A stretch of 64,000 nt of DNA from Mustelus asterias (Eukaryota), in NCBI RefSeq assembly GCF_964213995.1, contig NC_135809.1, positions 29,884,001 through 29,948,000 on the forward strand. Direction: 5' to 3'. The notes below the pieces were generated by a model. The model was given only the letters and a program-made list of their open reading frames with translations, ran no database searches and was not told where the DNA came from. The translations under genes were made by a program, and so were the position numbers. Positions 38,540 through 52,109 of the stretch are shown in pieces. The number at the start of each line of letters is the position of its first letter. Within the stretch, counting starts at the first letter, position 1.

Positions 38540-39149
38540 TTTCTGGATACTAATGACATCAAAGGATTTGGGGAAAGCATGGCATTGAGATAGATGATCT
38601 AATTGAATGATGGGGGAGGCTCAACAGGCTAAATGGCCTATTCCTGTTCGCTGAGGCACTGTTCCGCAAGTGGGACAGTGATTCCATGGAGTGCGAGCCC
38701 GCTTTCCTCGCAGGATGACAGCACTTGTAACTCCCATCTCTGTCACTCGCTCAGTGCCCTGGCTGTTGCCTGTTGCCCAGCCAGCCCAGGCCAAAATGCT
38801 CCAGTCCAGTCAAGCCTTCTGGGACCAGACCTGCTTGAGGTCATCTTTCAAAACTATCTGAAATCTCCTCAATTGAATGCAAGTAACCCATGCTGCAGCC
38901 ACTGGAGCAGGACCTCATAGGAGCAAGACCAGACACCAAAATGCTTGGAAGATAGGCACCACGATAAAGTACAAGGGTGACTGGCTTACTTATGTTTGCA
39001 TTATGGCATGAATTAATTTCAAAATTTGGACTGGAATATGCAGTATTCTAGTTTTTTTTTATTGTGACGTCAGAAAGATGACAATGTGATATTGATAGAG
39101 GAAGTGCAAGGAGAAATGGATTGTTGGTGAATGGTTGAGGTTACATCAT

Positions 39150-40320
39150 GTCAACCCCAGGCGCAAAGGACCTGCTACATTGTTGCATCCATTCCTCGTT
39201 CTTTTTCATTTCCTCTTCATTGTGCCCCTCCTCTTCAGCTTCTCACTCGATAGCTAATGGTAAGGACCGTTCCCTTGTAAATAGCCAGGGTTGTGCAGCA
39301 TACAACATAATACCACAAATCTGCTACAGAGCTCCTCCAGAGCAGTCCTGGCAGCACCATTGCAAGAAGGTTTTGATTTGATTTGATTTATTATTGTCAC
39401 ATGTATTAGTATAGAGTGAAAAGTATTGTTTCTTGCATGCTATACAGACAAAACATACCGTTCATAGAGAAGGAGAGAGTGCAGAATGCAGTGCTACAGT
39501 CATAGCTAGGGTGTAGAGGAAGATCAACTTAGTGCGAGGTAGGTCCATTCAAAAGCAGGGAAGAAGCTGTTCTTGAGTCGGTTGGCAAGTGATCTCAGAC
39601 TTTTGTATCTTTTTCCCGACGGAAGAAGGTGGAAGAGAGAATGTCCAGGTGACTGGGGTCCTTAATTATGCTGGCTGCTTTTCTGAGGCAGCGGGAAGTG
39701 TAGACAGAGTCAATGGATGGGAGGCTGGTTTGTGTGATGGATTGGGTTACATTCACGACCTTTTGTAGTTTCTTTGGTTTTGGGCAGAGTAAGAGCCATA
39801 CCAAGCTGTGATACAACCAGAAAGAATGCTTTCTATGGTGCATCTGTAAAGGTTGGTGAGCTGACATGTCAAATTTCCTTCGTCTTCTGAGAAAGTAAAG
39901 GTGTTGGTGGGCTTTCTTAACTATACTGTTGGCACAGGGAAGGGGGAGGGCCACTACATTCTGATGGTGTTCTTGATAATGTTATTTCGGGCAGCATGGT
40001 TCTCACCGTGCACCTCCTAATCAGAGAAAAAAAAACAGTTCGAACCAGTATTCCTTTTTCCTTTTGCTGTGTGGGAGTCATAACTATGCGATGAGTGGAT
40101 AAGCCTCAATATCCATTAGCCAACCATCTCCAGAAGCAACTTGTCCAACAGCCAGGTTCCCTGAACGTTCCCCATTCGTCCCCATTAATGTATTTCTGTA
40201 GTTCAGGAGAAACGTTTAACTTCAGTATCAGGCAGACTACTCCCTGCATACGACTGAAACTTCAGGCAGGTACAGGAAGATTCCAAAAATAGTATTACAC
40301 TAGGAGCCAAAGGACTCTGG
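39150..40320 (-). pseudogene. Second decayed Harbinger transposase, split by Rex1 LINE
   Basis: Minus-strand GWLMDIEAYPL (about 40095-40125), ENHAARNNIIKNTI (about 39960-40005), SGGAL and FVVLCCMLHN (about 39290-39345). Confidence 0.6.
39374..39945 (-). mobile_element. Rex1/Babar LINE 3' portion
   Basis: IVKKAHQHLYFLRR, KAASIIKDPSH (Rex1-type C-terminus); (tcaaa)n tail. Confidence 0.85.
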
Positions 40321-40330
40321 CAACTAACCT

Positions 40331-40635
40331 GGGCAGCACGGGTGGCACAGTGGTTAGCACTGCTGCCTCACAGCACCAGGGACCCAGTTCAATTCCCGGC
40401 TCGGGTCACTGTCTGTGTGGAGTTTGCACATTCTCCCCGTGTCTGTGTGGGTTCCCTCCGGGTGCTCCGGTTTCCTCCCACAGTCCAAAGATGTGCAGGT
40501 TTGGTGAATTGGCTATGCTAAATTCTCCCTCAGTGTACCCGAACAGGCGCTGGAGTGTGGCGACTAAGGGATTTTCACAGTAACTTCATTGCAGTATTAA
40601 TGTAAGCCTATTTGTGACACTAATAAATAAACTTT
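40331..40635 (+). mobile_element. tRNA/V SINE, alternative-tail subfamily, full length
   Basis: Head, V domain and tail cacagtaacttcattgcagt...tgtgacactaataaataaacttt. Confidence 0.92.
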
Positions 40636-42959
40636 GAAGCCTTGTCTGCATGCCCCCTGCAGTCATTAGCTGCATATGCACAATCCTCTTCACCAAGATG
40701 ATGTCCAGTACACCTCCTATTGGAAGTGAGCCTTAAAATATGCAAGCACTAGAGTGTGATTTCTCCTCCTTAATCTTTGATGTGTGTGTGCTGCCTTGCT
40801 GATGCAAATGTTATTTTTTCTAACATCGGCTGTTACGTGAGAAGCATTTGAAGGGTGAAAGAATACAAAAATACATACACATTCAAATCGTAAAACCATC
40901 ACACAAACACATAAGGCTCACCAACTGTGTCATTACACTTTCTAGAAACCTCAAACTTAACCAGCATTCAGGTTCCCTGCACCTTCCCCATTCACTCCCA
41001 TTATGTATTTCAGTTCAGCAAGTGTATTTGTGACCTTTTCAGATTTATTTTTAAACACATACACACAATTTCAATTGTATTGCTGTCAAAAATTGGCCAC
41101 TCATCTAATAATAAATGTTACAAAAGTCACCAACAATTAGATTCCACTGCAGAAGTATGCAGTAGGACAACTAGGAAAGCCACACAAAGAAAAGCCTTGG
41201 GCTTTACTAGACTTCACTGATGTCACTGTCAAAGCAGCTTATTAAATGCATAGTAATCTTGTCAATCTTAAGCATCTCAAACCAATTTAGAAATTACACC
41301 AAGAACTGGAAGAGATTTTGTTTTGTATTTCTCAGCCTTTTTTATAATTACTGAACATTGTTTGGTTCAGAAGTTCCCAGAGTGTGTTGGATAAGAACAT
41401 TTTCAGGCAGTTTTATTAGTGAAATAGAGAAAAGACCAAGTTAAACAGAAAAGTACATACAACTGCTTCATTATTTAATTTACTATAGAGACTGAGGGAT
41501 TTTTCCCCTGATGGCAAAGACAGCCTGCCTTAAGCTTTAATTTAAATGCAAATTAATTGTGCAACTTCTCGAAAAACATGCACACTCCTATACAGACTGC
41601 CAGATTATGTTTCTTGGTCAATAATGACGTTAGTACAAGCTTTAGGCAAATAATGGTAGTCTATTATAGTGTCTTTTTAAGTAATTTTCTGAAAACAGAT
41701 TCTCTGGACAAGCACGAGGAATATTTCAAAATATACAAACTCATCCTTCCCACTCTGTAACTATCTCTATAACATGTTATGGCTTTCAAGATATTATTAT
41801 CACTATATTGTTGAGATGACAGAAAGATTTTGATCAGACTCAGTCTAACTAAATATATGATGTGAATTATTTTGTGACTTGAGTTTGAATGGAAAATTCT
41901 CTTAAATATTTTGTTCGTTCTTTTGGAAACACTGCATCGCTCAATATGATAAAACAATGAAAGTGCAGGCACATTCTTGAGGAAAACGGAGTGTAAACAT
42001 ATGAAGGAAAGAAATAAAATACATTGGAAATGACATATATCCCTTGGAAGGAAAGTCATTTATAATTGTCAGGTGTGTGACTGTGAATATTTTCAAATAC
42101 GGTTCAGGAAATAGTAATAACAGTGCCTTAAACGTAGAAAATTATCCCAAGGCATTCAGTAGAGTTGTACAAATACAAGCTGAGTAGGATGAGTAGTCAA
42201 AAAGCTTATTCAAAGAAGAGGGCTTTTAAGGAACAGATTAAAAGGAGATGAGGGAGGTGCGGAGGAAAGAAATTTAGCCAGGCAATTCAAGAAAAGGGTT
42301 CTAGATGGGTTAAAATGCTCACCATCCACTGGTCCCATTCTCTCTCTCTACTCACTTGATAGAATTTAATACATCCCCTACCTCACCATAGGGGGTTTGG
42401 AGATGGGAGGCCCCTGTAATCGTGTACGAGGTATAAGCCGGTGTCAGTCGCCTTCCTAATTTCCTTGCCCCATCACCAACTAAGTCATGGGAGGGAAGGT
42501 CAGAGTCAGCCTTTCTGCTCAGGGCCAATTGTGGCCCTTATTTGGCCAATTGATGGCCATTTAAGGGGTGGGAGGGAGTCAGTGCCACGTGGCTTGGTCA
42601 CTTAGCATTTCCTAGTGGCTTCTTTAAAGGCTCAGGGGGAGGACCCCTCTGCAGTAATGACCTCCACCAACTTCAGGGCCTGCCCGACTCATCTCTCTTC
42701 TCGGCCTCCTTCCTGCTTCTGCTTTGGGCCCTCTTGCAGGAACAAAACTGACCACCGCTTTCAGTGGGATGCAAGGGCTGAACTGTTGCTACCCTCCGAT
42801 TGGCCGGAAGCTCCTAGAGATGGGATCTTCATCTTTAAAGGCATGGGAATGTCAATAGCAGGCTGCAGACTGTCTGACTGGCATTTAATCCTATTGGGGC
42901 TCATGGACATGGTCTCATTTCAACCAATGGACAGAGTCACTGCTACAGCAGCTAAATGC

Positions 42960-43440
42960 AGTCCCCGCGTCCCGTCCTCCCTCGCCACTCCCTTGTCCCA
43001 TCCTCCCTCGCCACCACATTTCTCCCTCGCTGCTCTCACGTCTGGTTTTCCCTTGCCACTTTCACATCCCATTCTCTTTCATCACTCTCATATCCCATTC
43101 TCCCTCACCACCATGTCCTGTTCTCCGTTGTCACACTCACGTCCTTTTCTCCCTCGCCACTCTCTCTTCCCATTCTCTCTCATCACTCTAATGTCTTGTT
43201 CTCCCTCGTCACTCTCACATCCTGTTCTCTTTCGTGACTCTAATATCCTGTTCTTCCTCGCCACCACATCCTGTTCTCCCTTGTCACACACATGACTGAT
43301 TCTACCACTCGTCACATATCACATTTTTTGTCCTTTTCTCATTGGTCCTGTTCTGCCTTTCCTCTCACGTTCCATACTCCCTTGCCACACAAATGATATT
43401 CCTTCCTCCCTTCATACATCCCACTCCACCACTCATCAGA
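42960..43440. repeat. Pyrimidine-rich degenerate minisatellite
   Basis: Recurrent tcactctca.atcc..ttctc and ctcgccaccac units. Confidence 0.7.
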
Positions 43441-43689
43441 CATTCCATACCTGGACTGTTAACCCCCCTGTAGATTCAGGAGCTCTCACTTTCAGGAGTG
43501 CAGATGAAATCGGAAAGGACAGGGGATAATGCACACAGCTTGAAAGTCTGCAATACAATCATCAACAACCTTAAAAAACCCTTTGTAAGAAATGAAACAT
43601 AATCTGGTCTTTAATCTATTAACCTATACTGCTTCACTTAATGTGGGGTGTCCACGTTCACATAGATGAGCTCAGTGAATATTAAAAGG

Positions 43690-44030
43690 TCTTCTTAGGC
43701 AGTCCTGCTGGATCTAGAATGACTTGCCTTCACTCTGGTTTGATGGGTTATTAGATGGCCGATAAGTCTAATCCACAATCTGCAGGCAGGTAATAGGGAG
43801 TTGTTAGGAGGTTTGTGTGCTCTCTTTGACGCCATTACTTTGCCTCTGCGTGTTCCGGAAGAAGTCTCTCAGTGTGTTTAGTCCCTTCCCAAATGGGCCT
43901 TTTCAATTTTGATTGGTCAGAGACTCCCATGAGTTAGCGAGGATGTTTGGCCTCTTCAGAGATGCTTTAAAAACAGTCCGAAAGTGTTTCTGTTGCCTTC
44001 ATTGGAGCCTTCTATAATGACTGAGTTTTG
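43690..44030 (-). mobile_element. RTE-clade LINE 3' relic
   Basis: Minus strand QQKHFRTVFKASLKRPNILANSWESL, typical of an RTE ORF C-terminus. Confidence 0.6.
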
Positions 44031-45290
44031 CGTTAAAGGTGGTCATTGGCTATGTTACATACGTCCGATGAATAACACATTCTGTATCATAAGTCTGCCC
44101 ATCATGAAACATTAGGTGCTCACTGAGACTCAATCCATTGATTGACCTAAACCCAGACTCTATACATTTACCTCGTCATGATGAGCTACTCTCACTGGCT
44201 CTGGGCCTTTTCTGAGCCATTCAGCTTCAGCTTAAGTCCTGGCCCATCAGAGCTACTGAATGGGGAGCAATCCAATTCTCACTCTAATCCAGGACTGGCA
44301 ACTGATACTCTGGGGGTTGCATCACTTTCAAAACCCTCAGCCCTTCCCTCTCTCCAACATCATGCTTCTTCCATTCATGGATTCCCTCTCTCCTGCACCA
44401 TTGCTCCTGTAGTCAGAGATTCCCTCATTGAACATCAACATCTCCTTAGTGCAATGAGTCTACAATCATAGGTTCCCTCCTTCCCACACTCACTGCACCT
44501 CAAATCAACGCTTCTCTCCCTTTTGCCTTTGCTGATCCTCCACCTGCAGCTTTAGCTCTTCCCTGTTCTTATTCCAGCTACACTTGTGGATGGACTTTGA
44601 TGCTCAGCCATACACATGAGCATCTGCAGGGGAACACTGCTCCTCGCATTTGTTGGAAGCTGAGGATAGAGGGGACAAAAGAGAATGATTTATGCAAACT
44701 GTTGTTGATGAAAAGCCAGGGTTACAGCAGCCTAACCAGTTTGATGCTTAATGTTTGCTCAAACATGAGATGTATGGTTCATATCTAAATTATATAAAAT
44801 AAACACAAATTTCCTTTGGAGATCAGAAAAATTGCATAAACAGCTAAAGACAGCCATTTACAAAGTGTCTGCTGTGTTTCAACAAAGTTATGGCAGGAAA
44901 TTTGGAGAATACTGTGGAATTTCAAGGCCATAAACTTTAAGTCAAAATACTACATGCCGATTTCGTTACAGCTAAATATTATGTCACAATAAAAACTAAC
45001 AGGAACTTTCTATGCACTGGATAGTCACAGAGCACAACATACTTTGGTAGAACTTCTGCAGAGATTTTCTTACTTCTTGCTGTAACTTTAATTTACCTGC
45101 GACTTCCTGTCAAAGCTGTGGTAGATGATTGTGAGAAATGCCCTGGAAGTGCCAAGTGACTCAGTCTCCATTAAGAATATATTTTGGAAGAATGCATTTA
45201 AACATAAATTCTTATTCAGTAATAAAAGAAATGGCAATGGAAACAATGCCATCAAGGGATCTTTACCTAAGCATTTCACCATCAGTATTA

Positions 45291-45606
45291 GGGGCGGCAC
45301 GGTGGTTTAGTACAGCTGCCTCTCAGCGCCAGGGACCCGGGTTCAATTCTGGCTTCGGATCACTGGCTGTGTGGAGTTTGCACATTCTCCCCCTGTCTGC
45401 GTGGGTTTCCTCCGGGTGCTCCAGTTTCCTCCCACAGTCCAAAGATGTGCGGGTTAGGTTGATTGGCCATGATAAATTGACCATAGTGTCAGGGGACTGG
45501 CAGGGTAAAAATGTGTGGTTACGGGAATAGGTGGATTGTGGATGGTGCAGACTCGATGGGCCGAATGGCCTCCTTCTGTACTGTAGGGATTCTATGATCT
45601 ATGATT
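45291..45606 (+). mobile_element. HE1-type SINE, full length, CR1 tail
   Basis: ggggcggcacggtgg head, V domain, ggtgcagactcgatgggccgaatggcctccttctg tail. Confidence 0.93.
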
Positions 45607-45724
45607 AATTTTGCATATCTCTCATAAGCATGCAGATAGAGAAAATGCATTCTTTTCTCATTTGTGTTGTTCACAATATGGCAGTTCTCTGTCACTACAT
45701 ACATTTTGTGTCATGGTAACCAAA

Positions 45725-47340
45725 TTATCTAGAATGGTCACAGCACAGGAGGAGACTATTCAGCCGGTCATGTCTGAGCCGACTCTCCAAGAACAAATCA
45801 GCTGGTCCCACTCCCCCTCCCCCTCCTTTCCCCATAGCCCAGCAATTTTATTTTTCCTCTTCCAACGCTGGTTCAATTCCCTTTTGAAAACCACGATCTG
45901 CCTTCAACATCCTCAGGCAATGCATTCCAGATCCAAACAACTGGCTGCACAGAAATGTTTTTCATCATGCCACCTCAACTACTTTCACCAATTACCTTAA
46001 ATCAACTGCTTCTTGCCATTTCCACTAATGGGAACAGTTCCCCCCCTACCCACCACCCCCCCCCCCCCCACCCCCTCCCCACCCCCCGTCTAGATCGCTC
46101 ATGATTTTGAACAATGGTGAATAATCTCAGCTTTTTCAATCTGTTCTTGTGACTGAAGTATCTCATTCCTGGAACCATTCTCGTAAACCTTTCCTGCACC
46201 CTCTCTAAAACCTTCACATCCTTCTGAAAGTGCAGCGCCCAGAATTGAATACTCCAGTTAAAGATGAAACAGTGCTTTATAAAAATTCATCAAAACTTCT
46301 TTGCTTTTTTACTCTACAACTCTATTGATAAAGCCCAAGATCACGTACGTTTTAACTACTTTTTCAACCTGCACTGCCGGCTTCAATGATTTGCATGCAA
46401 AAAATCCCCAGGTATCTCTGTTACTGCACACCTTTAGAATTGTAGTATTTAGATTATACTACCTCTCCTGGTTCTTCCTACTGAAATGTATTATTTAACA
46501 CTTCTCTTACATTAAATTTTATTTACCACCTGTCTGACCATTTCACCAGAGTGTCAATGTCCTCTTGAAATGTCTTTGAGTCACACAGACAGAAAGAGGC
46601 CCTTTGGACTATCGTGTCCACACTGGCCATAAAGAACCTTTCTATTCCAATCCCATTTTCCAGCACTTATCCATACCCTTGTATGCAAAGGCGTTTCAAG
46701 TGCTCATCGAAATGCTTCTTAGCCTCAGCCACCCTTATCTCTTTCAGCAGCCGAGGAAGCATTCCACCTGGTCCTGGTGACTTAATGACTTTAAGTACAA
46801 CCACGCCTTATGAATACCTCTTCTTTATCAATGTAAGAAGGAAAGAGCTAGATTTTTAGACTCTAAAGAAATCAAAGGACAGGAGAGAGAGTGAGGAGAG
46901 GGGAGAGAGAGTGGGGAGAGGGGAGAGAGAGTGGGGAGAGGGGAGAGAGAGTGGGGAGAGGGGAGAGAGAGTGGGAATATGTCATTGAGATAGAGGATCA
47001 GCTATGATCATACTGAATAGCAGAACAGGCTCAAAGGAACGGATGACCTATTTCTGCTGCTATTTTCTAAATTTCTATGTTTCTAATTATTTGCCCATCC
47101 AACTACTTCCCCCTTTTCTATAACTTTGACATTACCTTCTTCCTTGGTAAAGACAATTGTAAAGTACCTCAGCCATGCCCTCTGCTTCCATGCATTTGCT
47201 GCCTTTTTGATCCCTAATTAGCTGTAGATATCCTCTGACTATCTTTTTTATATTTATCTGCCAATAGAAGACAATTGGATGCTGTTACCAGTCTCTACTC
47301 ATACTACTTCAGTATCAATTATTTTATTTTCAAATCCCTT
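45725..47340 (-). mobile_element. Nested old CR1 fragments, including a plus-strand CR1 3' end at about 46835-47085
   Basis: KVLERVQERFTRMVPGMRYFS (46002-46217); second 3' end at about 46580-46720. Confidence 0.75.
46881..46975. repeat. 20-bp purine-rich tandem repeat, about 4.7 copies
   Basis: (gggagagagagtggggagag)n. Confidence 0.95.
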
Positions 47341-48869
47341 CTATGTTTTATATTGATATCGCTCTGTCTTATTATATATGGCTCTTATTTCTCACTTCTA
47401 AGTTTTGGTTATGTGCTTTGTATGTTATATTAACTTTCCGAGTACTCAGACATATTTTTTGCAATTCAATAAAAATTAAATTTATTTTGGATTTAGCAGA
47501 GTGCAACTGTAACTGTGTTACCTAATAGATAATCAAATATGGGAATATATGAATATATTGAGCCTGTTCCAGCATTCAACAAAACAATGGCTCATCTGCA
47601 ATCTAACTCCATACACATATATTCCATTATTTGGCTAAACTATAAAATGCTCAAGCATTTGTAAATGTTGTGACAAGTACAGTACTGACCAAAAATGTCT
47701 CCCAACATGAAAAAGTAAAGAATTTAGTTCCACTGTGGTTAGAGCTATGCATATGAACATATGAAAATTTCCTCATTGGCTTCTTTGAGTGATCACGGTC
47801 AAAAATATCTTCAGGTATAACTGGGAGACAGTCGCTGGCAGCTGTGACCTCTGGAGGCTGACTATTTGGAAGGGCATTAGAAGAAACAACAGAAATGATA
47901 AACATAATGGGCCAAAAAAATGAGTCCAGAAAACACAGAGGTCAGCATATCATGCACATTTTCAGCCCACTGTCTTTCCTTTACAGCAAATGCAGTATAG
48001 ACTGCCACATCGCAGTGGGGGGTCCTGAGCCACACCAGGCAGTGCTTAACACAGAATTGATCATCGCAGTTCAAACTATCATCTTGCAAGACAGCAGGCT
48101 GTAACCACCAGATACATAAATCTTAAAGATTCTCCAAATGCAGTTCAACGATGTATGTGCAATCTAGTCAGCAGAGTTCTTTGTCACAAAAGGAATGAGT
48201 TAAATTGTGAGTTATTGTGCTATTGAGTGGCACAGTGCAATATATCACAATTGCAAAAAAGCTGCAATTAATTGAGCAATCTAGTTATTGGCATGCTACA
48301 TAACTATTCTGAATGAGGGAAAACCAAAGTGCATTTACCACCCCCCACCCCCCCCCCACCCCCCCGTGTCCCCTCACCCCCCATCATTTCTGCTTTGCGT
48401 TAATATTTAACTTGCACTGTGAATCTGGCCAGTATTATTTCAAGCATAAGTGAAGCCTCACATCACTTTGGTTTGATACTGATGTAGATTGAAAATCCAA
48501 CACCCCACCAAAATTCCTTTCCAATGTTCTCCAGCCTCTGACCGCTGTTAAACCTATCTGGCCTTAATTTAAATGTTTAATCAGTAGGAATTCTTCTGTT
48601 CATGTTCTGTGAGCATTTAAATGTCTAACTATTGTGGAAGAGCTTTGTTTATGCACTTATTAGGCAAGTGCAGCACTCCCTTTCAACTATAGCAAGACTC
48701 AACAATATGAATGCAGTTCTGCTTCACTGGATCCTAAACTTCAGTGACCAGTTTCACACATGTAGCTGCAATGTAAATATACCCTTTAATAACTGTTTTT
48801 CTGTTTGTATAGGAATATTTTAGCCAAATTTTCACATGAATACTATTCTCTTTAGAACTCCACCCATTT

Positions 48870-49420
48870 TGTATCTTTTGAATGAGACACAAAACTGAGG
48901 CCCCAGTCTGCATACTCAGGTGGGTGGAAAAGATCCAACAGCAGCAGCAAGCTTCTCCCCGATGTCCTGGTCAATATTCATCCTTCAGCCAACATCAACA
49001 AAACAGATTATATAGTCATTGTCCATTGCTGTTTTCTGGATCTTTCTGTGTGCAAATGGACAGCTGTGCTCCCTAGATTATAAGAGTGACTAAACTTCAA
49101 AAGTGTAATAAATCTTCGGAGGCAAAAGTCCTTTCACTAAAATCCCTTTATTTACAAACTCTAACAGCAGTACACAGAGTGCTAATAGTTAGCAGTCTAT
49201 CTCCAGAGGTTTCAGAGGAACTGACACTCCCCAGTTAAGTACAAGGCAAAGACTCTCCGACTAATACATCAATTGGATCCTTAATCAGGGAGTTCATACT
49301 CCAATAGGCCAACCCCAATGGCCTGATTGAAGTCATTACAAAAGTACTTAATTTGCTGTAATTATAAAGTGTTTTAGGTGTACTGAGGTTGTGGAAAATG
49401 CTCTATAAATGCATGTCTTG
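48870..49420 (+). mobile_element. Old Deu-domain SINE (AmnSINE/LmeSINE-like), split by a solo LTR
   Basis: ttctccccgatgtcctggtcaatatt.atcc, aaaacagattat, cttcaaaag|tacttaattt, gctctataaatgca. Confidence 0.6.
49104..49340. mobile_element. Solo LTR
   Basis: tgtaat...attaca inverted termini with 4-bp TSD aaag. Confidence 0.8.
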
Positions 49421-49499
49421 GTTACTCCGACTGGACTTTTAACATGAAGGAAGACCAGTAGAAAAACACTTTGGCTGGGACTTTCCGGCCCCGCCTTAG

Positions 49500-51735
49500 T
49501 GAGACCCATTGAGATGCATGCACCATGACAGCATCTGACCAAGTGTGGCATTGAGGAGGCCCAGCAAATTGAAGTCAATGAGAATCGGGGTGAGTTCCTC
49601 AGGACAGTGTCCTCAGCCCAATCATCTACAACTGCTTCATCAATGATGCTACGAACCCAGTTGATGTTATAACTGGACAGGAAGTTCCCAGAATGGAACC
49701 TTAGCTCAAAAGACCGTAACAAGAAGGAACAGAGTCACAGGACCACTAATTAGTTTTTAAATAAGAAAAAATTTAAACATGACAAGTTTAATAATAATAC
49801 AAAACTTCTTTACTCCCACTTATCTTCAAAAATGTATACCTTTTTCAAAGATAACACCCCACTCTGAAATCAAATGACCGATGCCACTCAACCAATCTCC
49901 CATCTCTCTCAAACTCCCCAAGATGATTATTACATGAGGATTTCCAAACTCCATTCCCAAAAAGAAACATTAAAATATTCTTTCAAACAATGATTTCCAT
50001 GAGCTGTTTGTACTAAAAAATCCACTCCACTATTTCCAAACTATTCTTTCAAACAAAATTTCTGCTCCACCTTTAACTAGGGATCCAGCATCCAGGTTTT
50101 CCAATCCCCCTTACAGGTTTTCTTTGTCTTCAGTGGTTTTACGCAAACTCAGAGATCCAGCCACCGATTTCCACATCTATTTCAGCTCACATTCCATCAG
50201 CTATAGCAAAATCGCTCAAATCTTGAAATAACTTCAGACGTCTTTCAAGCAGTCACTGACCAACTTCTCAGCTCTATCTGTCTTTGCTGAACAGTTCACT
50301 GCTCTAGAATCTTTAACCTCACACTTTTTAGAAACTTCTCTTCATTCCTCTAGTTTCCTTAACTAGCTGTTCTTTAAGTTTCCGGCATCAGTTTTCTTAA
50401 CCATTATTCCACGGTATGGTTTTTCTTCTAGTAAAGCTGAGAGAGATGTACCCTCTCTGGCCTTCTAAACCAACTGCTTCTAGCAGAGCTGTGAGAGCTG
50501 CCTTCTATCTCCAACTGCCATGTATCGAACTAAAACTAAAATCAAGAAGCCTTCCGACCTTAAAGGTACCACCAGTTGCTAAGCAATGACTTTTACTTTT
50601 CCAAGCTTTTATTTACTTTTCATGCCATAGCCTCTCTAAGCACAACAGAAGCACAGTTTGAATTGAAACTAAACCCCCAAACATATAAATATCCATGTTT
50701 AGCATGAATCTAACTCTAAGCTAACCCTTCCTTACACAGCAACAATAAATTAAAATTACTTAAAACAATGCCTTATTTCTAATATTAACAATACAAATAT
50801 TTTGTTTTCCTGACAACAACCTTCCCTCATCATATGGTCAGAAGTTGGAATGTTCGCTGACGTTTACACAATATTTAAGCTGCATTTGCGACTCCTCAGA
50901 TACTGATGCCCATATACAGCAAGACCTGGACAACATTCAGGCTTGGGATGATTCGTGGCAAGCTAAATTTGCTCCACACAAGTGCCAGGCAATGACCATC
51001 TACACCAAAAAAGAATTAAACAACCTCCCCATGTTACTCAATGCCAATACCATTGCTGAATTCCATATGATCAATATCCTTGGGGTTACCATTGACCAAA
51101 AACTGAACTAGACCAGCAAGATAAATACTGTGGTTACAACAGCAAGTCAGAGGCTGGGAATTCTGTGGAAAGTAACTCACCTGCTGACTCCCAAAACTTT
51201 TCTACCATCTACAAAGCACAGGTCAGGAATGTGATGAAATACTCTCCACTTGCCAGGATGAGTGCAGTTCCATCAACATTCAAGAAGCCCGACACCATCC
51301 GAGACAAAACAATTCACTTGATTGGCACCCCATTCACCACCTCCAACATCCACGCCTTCCATTATCAATGCACAGTGGGAAGCAGTGCACACCATTTACA
51401 AGGTACATTGCAGCAACTTACCATGGCTCTTTTGACAACATACTTGAAACACACGTCCACTATCACCTGGAAGGACAACAGCATCAGATGCATGGAATAT
51501 TACCACTTGCAAGTTCCCCTCCAAGCCATACATCATCCTGACTTGGAGCTGCTTCATTGTTCCTTCACTGTTGCTGGGTCAAAATCCTGGAACTCCCTTT
51601 CAAACAGCATTGTGGATGAACTGCATGAACTGCAGTGATTCAAGAAGGCACTTCACCACCACTTCTCCAGGGCAATTAGGGATGTGCAATAAATGTTGGC
51701 CTAGACAACAACACCAATGTCCCACGAAAGAATGT
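49500..51735 (+). mobile_element. LINE family 2 RT and 3' end, interrupted by an LTR
   Basis: Decayed QDSVLSPIIYNCFIND, GMFAD, IQQDLDNIQAW, LGVTIDQKLN; 3' end ggcaattagggatg.gcaataaatg. Confidence 0.85.
49647..50815. mobile_element. Long solo LTR
   Basis: tg...ca termini; host LINE resumes across it (ttcatcaatga | ccttccc). Confidence 0.65.
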
Positions 51736-52109
51736 TAATAAAGCATCATGAGTATGTAATTGGAAATTTCATATTTTATATACCAAAGATTGTGTCTCAC
51801 TATGAAAACAATTTGTTACTGTTAGCTTCTCTATTAATGGTGAACAATTCTGTTACCTGATCATTTGTTCATAACATAGGCCACACTATATTTAATTCCA
51901 TACAGCTGCTTGAGGTTAAAGTGATAATGTGAAGAAACGTAATGCATTGGTCTTTGGTGCTGAACATGAGGAATGCATCAGGCAGAAATTCTAAAAGTTA
52001 ATATTGACAGCTGCATAAGCTGTGACTGGAATACCGATTAAGTCATTTAGACATATTGGGCATTGTTTTAACTTATAGCAAGCAATAAACAAGTGATAGC
52101 TAATCAGCC

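Larger units (their letters stand above)
37715..38650 (+). mobile_element. Old CR1 3' part with two SINE insertions
   Basis: LCRTMVRLHLYCVQLWSYLRKD; tctaagaccagggtcacagtctcagg; cactcagagggtggtg. Confidence 0.8.

Noticed and set aside
42615-43295. 226-aa S/P/L/H-rich ORF
   Set aside because: Results from pyrimidine-rich low-complexity sequence lacking stop codons.
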